From Meyerozyma guilliermondii (taxonomy: Eukaryota), in contig CP128815.1 of assembly GCA_051546255.1 (NCBI GenBank), positions 496,001 through 560,000 on the forward strand: a DNA stretch of 64,000 nucleotides. The letters run 5' to 3'. Under the pieces are notes generated by a model that was not told the origin of the DNA, did no database searches, and saw only the letters and a program-made list of their open reading frames with translations. Both the position numbers and the translations under genes were made by a program. This document shows, piece after piece, positions 1 through 10,443 of this stretch (positions are counted from its first letter, which is position 1; every line of letters begins with the position of its first letter).

Positions 1-1629
1 AAGTTTATCGTATCTCAAATGCATCGATTATCAAAAAATCACTGGAACAAATTATTCAAAACAAACTTAAAAATTTGCAAACAATTCATAGATCTTATTG
101 GAGACAATTCCTTGCATTTTGAAGACATAGAAAAGTATTACCATCAATTTGATGCGTGGCAGGCTGAAGAAACCGTGCCACTGGTGCACCCAAAGGAAAG
201 ACAGTTTTTGATAGAAAGTGTAAATCACCAATTGAGAAACTATCTGCTTACAATACAACAGCTTCGTGACCGCGTGGTGGGGGAGTGGGACTACCATGCT
301 GAGTCGATGAAAATTCGAGTGGGGGAGATGATTGGGTATCTCAAACTGATTCTTCAGCTAATCAAGAAACGCAACAAGAAGAAGTCCAATTACGACAAAA
401 TCCACAATAAGGTGGATAAACTCATGAAAAAGACAACCGAGCTCGAACCCAAAGAACGCAAACAACTAGAAGCTTTGGACCACGAATTGCTCGAAGCAGG
501 TCGTATATTCACTCGGATCGACGAGAAACTAAAGGCTATACTTCCACACTCGTTATCTCTTCTTGACGAGTTTGTGGAAAATATCACGAAAATCACCTTC
601 TGCAAGCAATTGGATCTCTACCAAGACATAGACGCATCGCTTCGTTACTTTGGTGAGTTCCAGGGCTTGTTAGATACCAAAGAAAAAGCTCCACATATAC
701 CCCAATTGGACAAAATCGAAGACCTCTGGAACGAAGCGGTCACTCCTACTAGACTCCAGATCGAGTCTTTTATCTCCATAATCCACAACAAGCGCCCAGA
801 ACTTCTTGATACCGAGATCGACGACCAGGACAAAACCCTGAAACTTTCCAATGCATGGACCAAAGTCACCAACAAAGTAGTGGACAAGAACCACGTAGTC
901 AAGGCAAAGGACGAGAAGAACGGAATATTCACCGATTACTTGGAAGCAGACGCATTGCAGTCTTTTGAAAAGTTCAACAATCCCAAATACAACATTTCAG
1001 AAACCTACCATCCTCACAAAATCATAAAAGCTGACGACATAACTCCTCCACAATCTGCCGTGGCTGCTCCTCCACTTCCTCCCAGGACCAATACTGCTCG
1101 TAAGCTGGTTATTCCTCAGTTTCACAATGGTCCTCCTGTGCCTCGTCGTCATAACTCACAATGGTTTGTCCCAGCAGATAACGATTCGGATTCGGACTCG
1201 GCCTCAATTTCCTCAGCTTCTTCGATTTCTTCCTTTTCTAGTGTTAGTTCTCTACCAACAGAGTCAACTATGAGGGACGACGACTACAACAAGAATGTTT
1301 CCAAGCTATACAATTCAGCAAAAAATGAAATCACAGAGGCCCCAATTACAGCAGAGTTGCCTGATTTAGGCCATCATAGAGTTCCAGCTAACATCACCGA
1401 GCGATTATTTCTGCTTTCTGTGTACTTTGCAAAGCTAGTCGATGCTGCTGACGGAACCACAAAAACAGCCAAGTTTGATTTTGACGGTGTGGAGCCAGGC
1501 GATCTCTCGTTCCGCAAAGGCGATGTTGTTTCAATTGCATACGATTTGGGAACTTCAAAGTGGCTCGTAGGGTACATGAAAGGAAAGGACGATATGAGAG
1601 TTGGCTTTGTTCCCAGCAACTACTTTTAG
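1..1629 (+). CDS. BAR-domain + C-terminal SH3 protein (amphiphysin/Rvs167-like); may be 5'-truncated
   Basis: Helical N-half with KKRNKKKSNYD BAR-type segment, PPLPPR/PPVPRR motifs, and a C-terminal SH3 (AKFDFDG..GDLSFRKGD..WL.G..GFVPSNY). The frame is open back to base 1. Confidence 0.75.
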   Translation, partial: KFIVSQMHRLSKNHWNKLFKTNLKICKQFIDLIGDNSLHFEDIEKYYHQFDAWQAEETVPLVHPKERQFLIESVNHQLRNYLLTIQQLRDRVVGEWDYHAESMKIRVGEMIGYLKLILQLIKKRNKKKSNYDKIHNKVDKLMKKTTELEPKERKQLEALDHELLEAGRIFTRIDEKLKAILPHSLSLLDEFVENITKITFCKQLDLYQDIDASLRYFGEFQGLLDTKEKAPHIPQLDKIEDLWNEAVTPTRLQIESFISIIHNKRPELLDTEIDDQDKTLKLSNAWTKVTNKVVDKNHVVKAKDEKNGIFTDYLEADALQSFEKFNNPKYNISETYHPHKIIKADDITPPQSAVAAPPLPPRTNTARKLVIPQFHNGPPVPRRHNSQWFVPADNDSDSDSASISSASSISSFSSVSSLPTESTMRDDDYNKNVSKLYNSAKNEITEAPITAELPDLGHHRVPANITERLFLLSVYFAKLVDAADGTTKTAKFDFDGVEPGDLSFRKGDVVSIAYDLGTSKWLVGYMKGKDDMRVGFVPSNYF

Positions 1630-1659
1630 ATAAAAATATCATATATGCATTCAATTTCG

Positions 1660-3075
1660 TTAGTCAATTTCTGTGGCGAGAAGATCAAAAAGCGAACCAA
1701 GTACCTTCGTAGAGTCCGCTCGAATGCCATCGTGGAAGAATTCACTGGTGATATACTGTCTTAAATTCTCAAATCCAAATATGGAGCGCTTGACTTTCAT
1801 CGTCGTATCAAAGTCCACATACTGGTCGTAGAAGTAGCTAGCCGCCACAATGGGCACATCTTTCCATTTTATCAGCTTGAGCTTGTCCACATCGTAGAGC
1901 TGGGTCCATCTTTTCCGGTTGTGCAAAGAATCAGCCACCAGTTTGAAGGGTCGCAATTCCGTGTAATCGTCAAACATGGACTTGTATACCATTTCTCCCG
2001 TAAAGTAGAGCGGTTCCTTCATGGCTGGGCTAAACACAAAGTTCTGGTTCTGTGGTAACTTCCGAAGCCGATCGGCGCTCCAGAAAGAGGGAGAATAGTT
2101 TCCATCGCAGTAGATGGCTTCCTGGAAAAGCGCATACAAAATGTTGGTATCGAAGCTCATTTGCGATTCAATCCGGAAAAGAGTATGGTAGGTAGGGGAC
2201 TGGAAGTGTATCAACTCGTGGTGGAATTTGGTGACGATTTGGTGGAGAGTATCGGTACCTCCAGTACCACCAAACAGTAAGCCCAATTGCTGAAACCGCT
2301 CCACAGAAAGTGTTCCACCATTGGGCAACTTTACATCATTTTGGGAAAGATAAGTAGCAATCTGATGAACTTTCAAAACATCCTGAGGATATTTGGAGTA
2401 GTAATGGCTGTTTCTTTCACTTGTTCTTTGGTACGTTGCCTGGTATACTTGGTCCACTGTATGGTGGATAGGAGGTACACCTCCAGTCACAAGAACCGCC
2501 TCAAGCGATTCAGGGTATCTTGACAAGTAGGTAAAGCTGCAAAAACCTCCAAAAGATTGGCCCAAAAGAGTCCATTTTGTAGAACCCAAGAGGATTTTCC
2601 GTATCCGCTCCAAATCTTCAACTATACTATCGGCACGAAAATTTGTCAAAAACTCCGCTACCCGCTCTGAGTACGCCTCAGTGCTCTCCTCCGCTTCCCT
2701 CACAACCAATTGACCAATTGTACCCACTTCCAATGGAGTACTGAACCCAGTACCTCTTTGGTCCATGTAGAAGACAGAATAACCTCTGGTTAAAAGCTCT
2801 TTAGTGAAGCCCAGATTGGTCAATGGTTGAACACAGGGAAACCCCGGGCCGCCCTGAAGATAGGTGGCAACTTTAGGGTGTTCAGGAAACTTTATAGTAC
2901 CCAAATTCGAGTGTAGATCAGCATCGTAGGTTTGGGTCAAGGTGCCCACAACAGAAATTTTCTCAAGAGATTCATATTTGCCGTTTACCACACCATACGA
3001 TAATGGAAACCGAAACTCAATTTGCGTGTTGACCAAGTCTTTGACCCGATACGAGTCGATTACAGTGTAAGACAT
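1660..3075 (-). CDS. Proline iminopeptidase (alpha/beta hydrolase, peptidase S33)
   Basis: YLQGGPG oxyanion motif, DQRGTG.S, GQSFGG nucleophile elbow, C-terminal HDGIR. First ATG at 3075 (MSYTVIDSY). Confidence 0.85.
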   Translation of the reverse strand: MSYTVIDSYRVKDLVNTQIEFRFPLSYGVVNGKYESLEKISVVGTLTQTYDADLHSNLGTIKFPEHPKVATYLQGGPGFPCVQPLTNLGFTKELLTRGYSVFYMDQRGTGFSTPLEVGTIGQLVVREAEESTEAYSERVAEFLTNFRADSIVEDLERIRKILLGSTKWTLLGQSFGGFCSFTYLSRYPESLEAVLVTGGVPPIHHTVDQVYQATYQRTSERNSHYYSKYPQDVLKVHQIATYLSQNDVKLPNGGTLSVERFQQLGLLFGGTGGTDTLHQIVTKFHHELIHFQSPTYHTLFRIESQMSFDTNILYALFQEAIYCDGNYSPSFWSADRLRKLPQNQNFVFSPAMKEPLYFTGEMVYKSMFDDYTELRPFKLVADSLHNRKRWTQLYDVDKLKLIKWKDVPIVAASYFYDQYVDFDTTMKVKRSIFGFENLRQYITSEFFHDGIRADSTKVLGSLFDLLATEID

Positions 3076-3175
3076 GACGTGGTTTGGAAAATTGGTGGCC
3101 CTACATTCGACGCCCAAACACCCAAAACGTCCCTGCTATCTACAGGAACACAACATCGTGTGCAGGAAGTCTCAC

Positions 3176-3200
3176 CAAATTCAAATCAAACAGAACGCGT
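3176..3200 (+). promoter_or_regulatory. CAAATTCAAATCAA + MCB (ACGCGT) module upstream of PDS5
   Basis: ACGCGT at 3195-3200. The 14-mer at 3176-3189 recurs upstream of SMC1. Confidence 0.6.
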
Positions 3201-3213
3201 CGCATCACAAAGT

Positions 3214-6200
3214 ATGGTGTCTGAGGCGCAGAAGGGGCTGTTGCAGTTCCAAAAGAGTCTCATATCGACCGCAAAGGACCCCATACCACTCAAGGAGCTC
3301 TTGGGCAGATTACAAGTCCTTCAGGAGGAATTGGCCACTTTGGACCAGGATTCCGTTGATTTGAATTCGATCGAAAACGTCAAGAATGAACTTGTAAACA
3401 AGAAATTGTTGAAGCACGCGAATGTAGGAGTACAGGCATATACGTGTTGTGCAATTTCCGACGTTCTACGTGTATATGCGCCGGATGCGCCGTTCACAGC
3501 AGGCGAATTAAGCTTGATTTTCAAAACATTTCTCACTCAAATCGCCCAACTTTCTCACCAGGAGAACCCATATTTCCAGCAACAATCCTACTTGCTTAAA
3601 CGGCTCGCGGAAGTTCGTTCCATCATACTTATCACCGACTTACCAGACGCATCGCAGCTCATCGAATCCACGTTTGAAACGTTCTATTCGGTGGCATCCA
3701 CCAATTTTCCCGCGCGTCTCGAGCCGTTGGCAGCTGATATCTTGGCTGAAGTAATCGCTGAAACCGACCAAATTACCCACCCAGTCCTAAAAATGATCTT
3801 GAACAAGTTCTTGACCAGTGCTCCAGATTCCACCGCCCTTACATCCTCCAAATCTAATATCAGAAACCCAGCTTTCACCTTCTCATTACACATCTGCGAA
3901 CAGAACGTCGACAGGCTCTCGCGTCAGGTTGTTCAGTTCTTCTCTGAGATTCTTGCGGACGCTGTTCCCGACGGTGCCAACGACAAAGACCGCACATCTG
4001 CATTAGAAAGCTTGAGGAAAATCCACACGTTGACGGTTCAGGTGTGGAAGTTTGTGCCTGAGCTTTTGACTGCTGTCATTGGACTCATAGACGATGAATT
4101 GAACGCCGATGATCCTCGGCTCCGCACCATGGCGACTGAAACCATTGGCCAAATGGTGGCCGCTTCTGGTCTGACGCAGAAACTGAACTTTTCAATCGCT
4201 CACAAACTTACCTGGCAACTCTGGCTCAAAAAGACATTGGATGTGTCTCTGCAAGTTCGCTGCAAATGGCTCGAACTGATCCCCAATATCGTCAATGCTA
4301 GTTGTACTTCTGAGATGGCCACCGAGCTTTCTAATGGTGTCACAAAGTGCCTTCTCGATACCGATGATCGAGTACGTTTGACTGCTTGCAAATGCCTTTC
4401 TAGCATATCGTTCGAAGTATTCACGGCTACCATTGGGTCGACCAACATAATGAACACTCTCTTACTCTTGATACGAGAGAGCCATTCAGAAGTCAGAGAG
4501 CAGTCTCTCAGGATACTAGGAAACTACTACAACCTGTATTATATTCTGATCTCAAAGAATGATGCCATTGATTACGGTATGCACGCTGAAGAGGAAAGTA
4601 CTGAATTGTCTGAAATCATCGTCAAAGAAATTCCAAACCATGTCCTTTCCTTGATTTACATCAACGACAAATCCATTAATGCTGCTGTCGACCTTTGTTT
4701 ATTCGAAAAGTTCATTCCTTTCGAAACTAACACCCTGAAAAGAGTCCAGAGAATCATCCAGCTTGTGTCCGTATTAAATGAAAAGAGCCAAAAAGCATTT
4801 TTCGCAATTACTAGGCGACAGCAACAGGTTGCAGGTGTCGTCTCAAAGCTTCTAGATGTGGCCGATAACAAGAAAAGCAAATTGGAAGCCCGAGATGAGG
4901 ACGATAAAGAGAATAACCCGGAACAACAAGGGAAGCAGCTCGAAAAAGTGATCAACTGGATCTGCGCTTCATTTCCCGAAGGTTTGGATACTTATTCCTG
5001 TCTTGAAAGACTTGCACTTTTACACAATCGTCGGTTTTTCAACCTCATGACTGTTTGCATCTCGCCAGAATCAGACTACTCTTCCATCAGAAACTCCATG
5101 AAAGAGTTCCTCAACAAACTTTCGAACCCTAAAAACATCAAGCTTGATTATGAGAAGCTGGTGGTCTCGGCAACTGACATGGTGACAAATCTCAAGCTTT
5201 TGTTGTACCGTGCGTCTCCTCTCATTCACAACGTGTCCAACGTTAATGAGTTGATAACGTACGCAAAAAGTGGAAACGGGCCTTATCATGAAACCGCAAC
5301 AACGATTTTGCAGGATGTTTCTTCTGCACTTCCCGAAGTACTCAAGTCTAGTATTGACAGTCTTGTGCAATTAGTGAATGACGACGATGGGAAAGACAAC
5401 ACCGAAATAATGAGAATGGTATACCATTTCTTGAAGAGATACCCAAACATGTATCCGAATGAGCTCAATAACGATTTGTTGGAGCGAAAAGCAAGAGAAG
5501 GATCGCCGCTGGAAGCGAAATATGCTATCAAGATTTTGAGTAAGAGCCAGACGAAAGAACTATCAGGAGCTGCGATATCCAATTACTTGTTACCTATCGA
5601 CTCGAAGTCTGAACATCTCGCAACTCATATCTCCTCCATCGCTACACTTTTCGAAACAGATCCCATGGCGGTTGAGACCAGTGCTAGCGACATCACCATC
5701 ACTATAATTCAAGAAATCTTGCTAAAGAACGACGTCGAGAGCAGTGATGATACATGGATTGAAAACGTCAAAACTCACACTTCACTTAATTCAAAGATTT
5801 TAGCACTAAGCTTGTTCGTGAACCGTGTTAGGGCTACTACCGATAAAGATGAAGAGTCGTTAAATGAAGTGGGAGTCCCAGTTTTCAAGCTTTTGTATGC
5901 GCTCGTCAACAACGGCGGTGACATTATTAGTACAAAGGGTGACAACAAGCCTTTGCCGCAAAACTATCTGCAACGGTTGCGTCTCGCAGCTGGGTTTGGT
6001 CTACTTAAACTCGCAAAGATTTCCAAACTCGACCACTTTTTTGATGAACGTATTTCGTGCTTGGCCTACTTGGTTCAAGATTCCAACCCAGAGGTGAGAA
6101 GTCGGTTTGTCAAAAAGCTACAGGCAAGTATTACTCACGAAGCCATTTCCGAGAAGTTCCTTCCATTTGTATTCTATGTGGCCAACGAGCCAAATACAAC

Positions 6201-6948
6201 CTTGAAGAGCCTGACTTCGTCATGGGTGAAGTCTTTGTTGAAGAGAGAACAAGGAAAGAACAGTATTCTCGTGGAGCGAAGCTTGGTGAGACTCATACAC
6301 TTGATATCTCATGAAACCAAGTTCTTGGAACAGTTGGAAAACGATCCTCTGAACGCCTATGAGTTTGCTGCCAACTATGTGATTTACTACTTGCAATGCG
6401 TTGAGCGCATGGAAAATGCTTCGCTACTCTACTACCTCGCCAGTCGTGTCAAGCAATACAGAGACAGCACCATTTCACCAGAACTTTATGAGGAAGAGCC
6501 TCGTCAAAGTAAGGTTACTGCTTTGTATTGCATAGCTGAGTTGTGCCAGTTGGCTATCAAAGAAGTCTGCGACTATAAAAATTACTCCATGCAAACATGG
6601 CCAGGAAAACTCCATCTACCCAGCGATATATATGGACCCATGGGATCCAGTGAGGAAGCACACAAGGTAGTGTCAAAAATTTACATTTCAGATAATATTC
6701 AGATTGGATTGAGAAGTTCGATACGAGCAAAGTTTGGTGGTCTTAAACGCCGTGTTGATCCACCTATTTCTCGAACCAAAACCAAGAAAGTGAAGAGAGC
6801 TCGTCTGAAACCAAAAGTGAATAAAAATGTGCCACTTAGAAGCAGCAAACGCTCATCAAAGAAGGTGACATATGTGGAGGTTGGATCGGATGATTCAGAT
6901 GGAAGCTCGAGTGAGTCGGATGATATAGATGACTCGGATTTTGAGTAA
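3214..6948 (+). CDS. PDS5: Sister chromatid cohesion protein Pds5
   Basis: LLKH..VGVQAYTCCAISDVLRVYAPDAPFT N-terminal signature, HEAT repeats, LYYLASRVKQYRD, basic/acidic tail. First ATG at 3214; the track start at 3022 is TTG. Confidence 0.95.
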   Translation: MVSEAQKGLLQFQKSLISTAKDPIPLKELLGRLQVLQEELATLDQDSVDLNSIENVKNELVNKKLLKHANVGVQAYTCCAISDVLRVYAPDAPFTAGELSLIFKTFLTQIAQLSHQENPYFQQQSYLLKRLAEVRSIILITDLPDASQLIESTFETFYSVASTNFPARLEPLAADILAEVIAETDQITHPVLKMILNKFLTSAPDSTALTSSKSNIRNPAFTFSLHICEQNVDRLSRQVVQFFSEILADAVPDGANDKDRTSALESLRKIHTLTVQVWKFVPELLTAVIGLIDDELNADDPRLRTMATETIGQMVAASGLTQKLNFSIAHKLTWQLWLKKTLDVSLQVRCKWLELIPNIVNASCTSEMATELSNGVTKCLLDTDDRVRLTACKCLSSISFEVFTATIGSTNIMNTLLLLIRESHSEVREQSLRILGNYYNLYYILISKNDAIDYGMHAEEESTELSEIIVKEIPNHVLSLIYINDKSINAAVDLCLFEKFIPFETNTLKRVQRIIQLVSVLNEKSQKAFFAITRRQQQVAGVVSKLLDVADNKKSKLEARDEDDKENNPEQQGKQLEKVINWICASFPEGLDTYSCLERLALLHNRRFFNLMTVCISPESDYSSIRNSMKEFLNKLSNPKNIKLDYEKLVVSATDMVTNLKLLLYRASPLIHNVSNVNELITYAKSGNGPYHETATTILQDVSSALPEVLKSSIDSLVQLVNDDDGKDNTEIMRMVYHFLKRYPNMYPNELNNDLLERKAREGSPLEAKYAIKILSKSQTKELSGAAISNYLLPIDSKSEHLATHISSIATLFETDPMAVETSASDITITIIQEILLKNDVESSDDTWIENVKTHTSLNSKILALSLFVNRVRATTDKDEESLNEVGVPVFKLLYALVNNGGDIISTKGDNKPLPQNYLQRLRLAAGFGLLKLAKISKLDHFFDERISCLAYLVQDSNPEVRSRFVKKLQASITHEAISEKFLPFVFYVANEPNTTLKSLTSSWVKSLLKREQGKNSILVERSLVRLIHLISHETKFLEQLENDPLNAYEFAANYVIYYLQCVERMENASLLYYLASRVKQYRDSTISPELYEEEPRQSKVTALYCIAELCQLAIKEVCDYKNYSMQTWPGKLHLPSDIYGPMGSSEEAHKVVSKIYISDNIQIGLRSSIRAKFGGLKRRVDPPISRTKTKKVKRARLKPKVNKNVPLRSSKRSSKKVTYVEVGSDDSDGSSSESDDIDDSDFE

Positions 6949-6980
6949 GTTCTATTAATGTACAATATGCTAACAACATG

Positions 6981-8396
6981 CTAATAATCCATGGGTTTGA
7001 TGTAGTTGAGTTTGCCGGTTTCAAGCCACTCGTCTCCAAGAATACGAAGTCTTGCAGCGCTGGGAAACCTCTTGTCTGCCACCAGTTCAGTCCAGTCAGT
7101 TGCAGCTAATTTAAGAAGCTTATTCGCCTGGTCCTTGTATACCAGTGAGAAGGCATTAGCACTGACTTCCCACCAATTGGCGACACAAGCAAAGTGTGCG
7201 TTGGTGAGCAAGTCTTTTGGACAATTAGCCATGCGTGAGAGAAATTGCCATAAGCGTTGGCTCGAAAACGAAGAGCATTTAACCGATGGAATAGCGGATA
7301 TAGCTGCCCAAACTGTACAGATACCAGCAATTCTTTCGTCATATTTGCTCTCATCTTCCCATTTTCCTTCAGAACGGCGCCAGCCCATTCGTTTACGACC
7401 TTCTTCCGTATCAACCTTGCTCGTGTAGCCGACTATAAATGGGCATTTTTTGACAAAACGAGCCATAAGAAACTCTTCAAAATCAGGAAACCTTTCCAAA
7501 ATTAACTGTACAAACATCGCAAGGGGCAAAGCTGCTGTCTGCTTGACAGTGACTTCGGTTTCGGCTTGGTCCACCACCGCCTTGGCTATGAAGTTCAAGA
7601 TCCAATGATACGAGAGTTCGCCGAGTGAGCGTGATTCTTGAATGGTATTGATCACCTCCGCGGTAAGCTTTGAAACATGCGAACGAGAGTTGGAAAGTTG
7701 TCCAAGCTTGGGATTGATTTTACGCTTCAAAGCGCTGGTCGCCTTTTTGAGGTTAGCATCTTTTCCGAGTGGTTCCACAATAGTGCTTTTGATTTTAGCG
7801 ATAGTCTGCATCTGCCAGGTGTACTCATCGGCAATAGCAGAAGAATTGTAAACGCCTTTACCCAAACGTGCATCCTGTCGCTTCTTTTCTTCCTCGATTA
7901 TACGTTGTTTCTTCGCTTCTTCTTCCAACCGGAGTTTTTCTTCCTCCTTCTTTTTTCGCTCAACTTCAAGAGCCCTTTGTTTCTCCTGTTCTAGACGCTG
8001 AAGCTCTTCTTTTCGTCTTTTTTCTTCTTCCTCCTGTTTCTTCTGTTCAGCTGCTCGTCGACGGGCTTCTTCCTCTTTGTGCTTACGTTCCTGATCGATT
8101 AAATATTGCACTTGCTGCTGCTGAATCCGAAGACCTGCTTCAAACTGCCCGGTCAATGCATCTATCGCCTGCTTTACTGCTTCTCTCAGGCTCGAATAGG
8201 ACGGCGTAGACAACGGAGACAGCATTTTCTGAGAAACTACTGTACTGAAATCATCATTGGAAGTTTCAAACAGATCTATCCAATGAGTCGAAAGCCTATC
8301 AAATTTTTCAGCCACAGACAATGGATCATAGCGCAGCATGGTGATGGCAGGAGCATCTTCTACCACATCTAACTCGGGAGGGAGGCCGAAACGCAT
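6981..8396 (-). CDS. GLE1: mRNA export factor/nucleoporin Gle1
   Basis: MRFGLP start, E/K/R coiled coil, INPKLGQL, WILNFIAKAVVDQAETEV, ARFVKKCP. Confidence 0.93.
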   Translation of the reverse strand: MRFGLPPELDVVEDAPAITMLRYDPLSVAEKFDRLSTHWIDLFETSNDDFSTVVSQKMLSPLSTPSYSSLREAVKQAIDALTGQFEAGLRIQQQQVQYLIDQERKHKEEEARRRAAEQKKQEEEEKRRKEELQRLEQEKQRALEVERKKKEEEKLRLEEEAKKQRIIEEEKKRQDARLGKGVYNSSAIADEYTWQMQTIAKIKSTIVEPLGKDANLKKATSALKRKINPKLGQLSNSRSHVSKLTAEVINTIQESRSLGELSYHWILNFIAKAVVDQAETEVTVKQTAALPLAMFVQLILERFPDFEEFLMARFVKKCPFIVGYTSKVDTEEGRKRMGWRRSEGKWEDESKYDERIAGICTVWAAISAIPSVKCSSFSSQRLWQFLSRMANCPKDLLTNAHFACVANWWEVSANAFSLVYKDQANKLLKLAATDWTELVADKRFPSAARLRILGDEWLETGKLNYIKPMDY

Positions 8397-8498
8397 GGCT
8401 TACAGGTTGAGGAAGAATGGATTTTTCCTGCAACCTGCGATTACATAATTATGAGATTTTTTGAGGTTTTTGAAGTCTCGAAATTTTCACCAACCACC

Positions 8499-9359
8499 AT
8501 GATGCGGTTTGCCAGAGCGTTCTCCAGCGGTAGCCGGCTTCTGCGGACTGGCTACTCCACAGTTGAACCTGTGCACCATTTGGTGAAGATAAGGAAGGCT
8601 CGTTTGAAGCCAAAGTATCAACCTCTTGTTATCCCCAAGACCGAAGTGGAATCGGTAGGTTACCGTCCAACGGAAATATGTCAAGACCGAGTGGAGGAAC
8701 ACTATGAGAATACACTCAAACTGGACCTCTTATTGCATTATTACAAGCACGAAGCCAAGACCATCGAGGGAGAAAAAAAGAGATCGTGGGGCACGGACTC
8801 GCCATATGCCTTGTACAGAACATTGAAAAAGCCCAAGGGATTGGTGCGTCCCACGCAAGATATACATCCTATTGGTCCTTCCAATGTTCCAAAACTCGTT
8901 GGAATATCAATCAACTCGTATAACTCCGAGGCCCTTGAAGAGGGATGGTTAAACATTTCCCTGAGACTCCAGTTGGCTCAGATCACCAACGTGAAACCCA
9001 AGCAACTTTACAACAAGTCCAATATTCTCCAGTGGAGATGTAGAGTTGGACGGCCATGTGGCTCCAAGGTTGAATTGACTGGCAGAGACATGACCCAATT
9101 TGTGTCCACATTGACCGAGTTGGTGCTTCCAAGAGTCCGTACTTTCCAGGGAATCAAGAACACCAGTGGAGATGGATCAGGTAACATCTCGTTTGGATTG
9201 CTGCCTGAAGACGTCAAGTATTTCCCCGAAATCGAAAATTTCCAGGAATTGTTTCCAAACCTTTTTGGTTTCCATATCACGTTCAAGACTACAGCCAGAA
9301 CCGACGAGCAAGCCCGCGTGTTGCTCAGTGCCATGGGCTTCCCATTTTACAACCCATAA
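8499..9359 (+). CDS. MRPL7: Mitochondrial ribosomal protein uL5m
   Basis: L5 motifs VLPRVRTFQG, SGDGSGNISFG, GFHITFKTTARTD. Arg-rich presequence from ATG 8499 (8451 is an alternative start). Confidence 0.92.
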   Translation: MMRFARAFSSGSRLLRTGYSTVEPVHHLVKIRKARLKPKYQPLVIPKTEVESVGYRPTEICQDRVEEHYENTLKLDLLLHYYKHEAKTIEGEKKRSWGTDSPYALYRTLKKPKGLVRPTQDIHPIGPSNVPKLVGISINSYNSEALEEGWLNISLRLQLAQITNVKPKQLYNKSNILQWRCRVGRPCGSKVELTGRDMTQFVSTLTELVLPRVRTFQGIKNTSGDGSGNISFGLLPEDVKYFPEIENFQELFPNLFGFHITFKTTARTDEQARVLLSAMGFPFYNP

Positions 9360-9584
9360 TGTAAATAGCAATAGAGAAAAAATAACGGCGGCAGCCTCTT
9401 CTTATATAGTGACGAATGCAGCCGTTCATGCACGATATCATGCAGCGATTGGCAAATGTAGTAACCAAAGCGCAATGGCGGCATAGTTGTACATGTTGGG
9501 GTCACAGTTTTTTGAAGGTATGCACAAGTTTGCAACCATCCTGCCTATATAAAGTGCGCTTCGCGTCCCTCAGATTCACGTTTT

Positions 9585-10187
9585 ATGGACCCTTACAAGA
9601 ATTCCATAGTGCATGAATATAGGGTTTTATATTCCACACGAATAGTTCAAAAGGATAAAAAATGGTGTGACGGCATCTTGAGGTACTACGAGGTGAATAA
9701 CAAAGTTGAGCTCAGTAATCCTACTCAATTATTGCTCGTTAGTGACTTTCTTAGTGGCTCCGTAGGTTTTGTGATGAGCGAAATGTTGGCTAGTGGGCAC
9801 GAATTCAAGCTCCCGAACAAGCTGTTCCTCGTTATGGTGGATGAGAAGATAGGCTCGTCAGTTAGGGACGTTTCCCAAGCGATTAGAGCAAGAAACGACA
9901 CAGTAATGGTGCCACAGCCATACATAAAATCCGAACCATTGATCAAAAATGAGCCTCTGGTTGAAAAACTTGTTGCAAGCACTCGCTTGGTGACCGATAA
10001 CAAGCCTATAAGGCCACAAGTGGTCCGGAAGGTGGGGATTTCTCGGCCTGTTCCGCGGAAGAAAATCACCGTGAAGCAAGAAACCTCACAGTTCAAAATC
10101 CCCTCCAAGATACAACGATCTCATGTCCGGATCCCACCCAGATCCTCTACTGTATTCCAGTACCTAAATCTAGGCTGCTACAATTGA
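9585..10187 (+). CDS. MTE1: Stand-alone DUF2439 (ZGRF1-N / Mte1-like) protein
   Basis: N-terminal YRVLYST..QKDKKWCDGIL matches the DUF2439 pattern. TATATAAAG at 9546. Confidence 0.6.
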   Translation: MDPYKNSIVHEYRVLYSTRIVQKDKKWCDGILRYYEVNNKVELSNPTQLLLVSDFLSGSVGFVMSEMLASGHEFKLPNKLFLVMVDEKIGSSVRDVSQAIRARNDTVMVPQPYIKSEPLIKNEPLVEKLVASTRLVTDNKPIRPQVVRKVGISRPVPRKKITVKQETSQFKIPSKIQRSHVRIPPRSSTVFQYLNLGCYN

Positions 10188-10205
10188 TTTGCTTAACATT
10201 TATTA

Positions 10206-10370
10206 CTACTTGCGCAGCGCCTCACGAGCAACCATGATGGGTACAGCGTTCGAAGTGAAGATTTTCACCACTGGGAACGAAGAAGCAAACCCATTGATAG
10301 CGCCAAGTGCGGGCCTGTTGGTCATTCTAGCTACTAAGGCTTGTGCTGGCAATTCGGTGTTGGAAGACAT
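10206..10370 (-). CDS. Candidate 54-aa small protein (MSSNTELPAQ...)
   Basis: A/C-rich ATG context, preferred codons (TCT TCC AAC ACC GAA TTG CCA), TAG TAA TAA triple stop. Confidence 0.45.
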   Translation of the reverse strand: MSSNTELPAQALVARMTNRPALGAINGFASSFPVVKIFTSNAVPIMVAREALRK

Positions 10371-10443
10371 GTGTGCTATTTGTGTGTTGAAGCTAACGAA
10401 ACTAGACTTGCACCACAAATGCAAACCGCAGCTGTTTCTGCAT

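Noticed and set aside
3022..3213. N-terminal extensions in the ORF track for PDS5, proline iminopeptidase, SMC1, MSP1, ULP1, TAL1 and the 10444 ORF
   Set aside because: Many begin at TTG/GTG or overlap the neighbouring gene or promoter; family-typical N-termini start at the downstream ATG.
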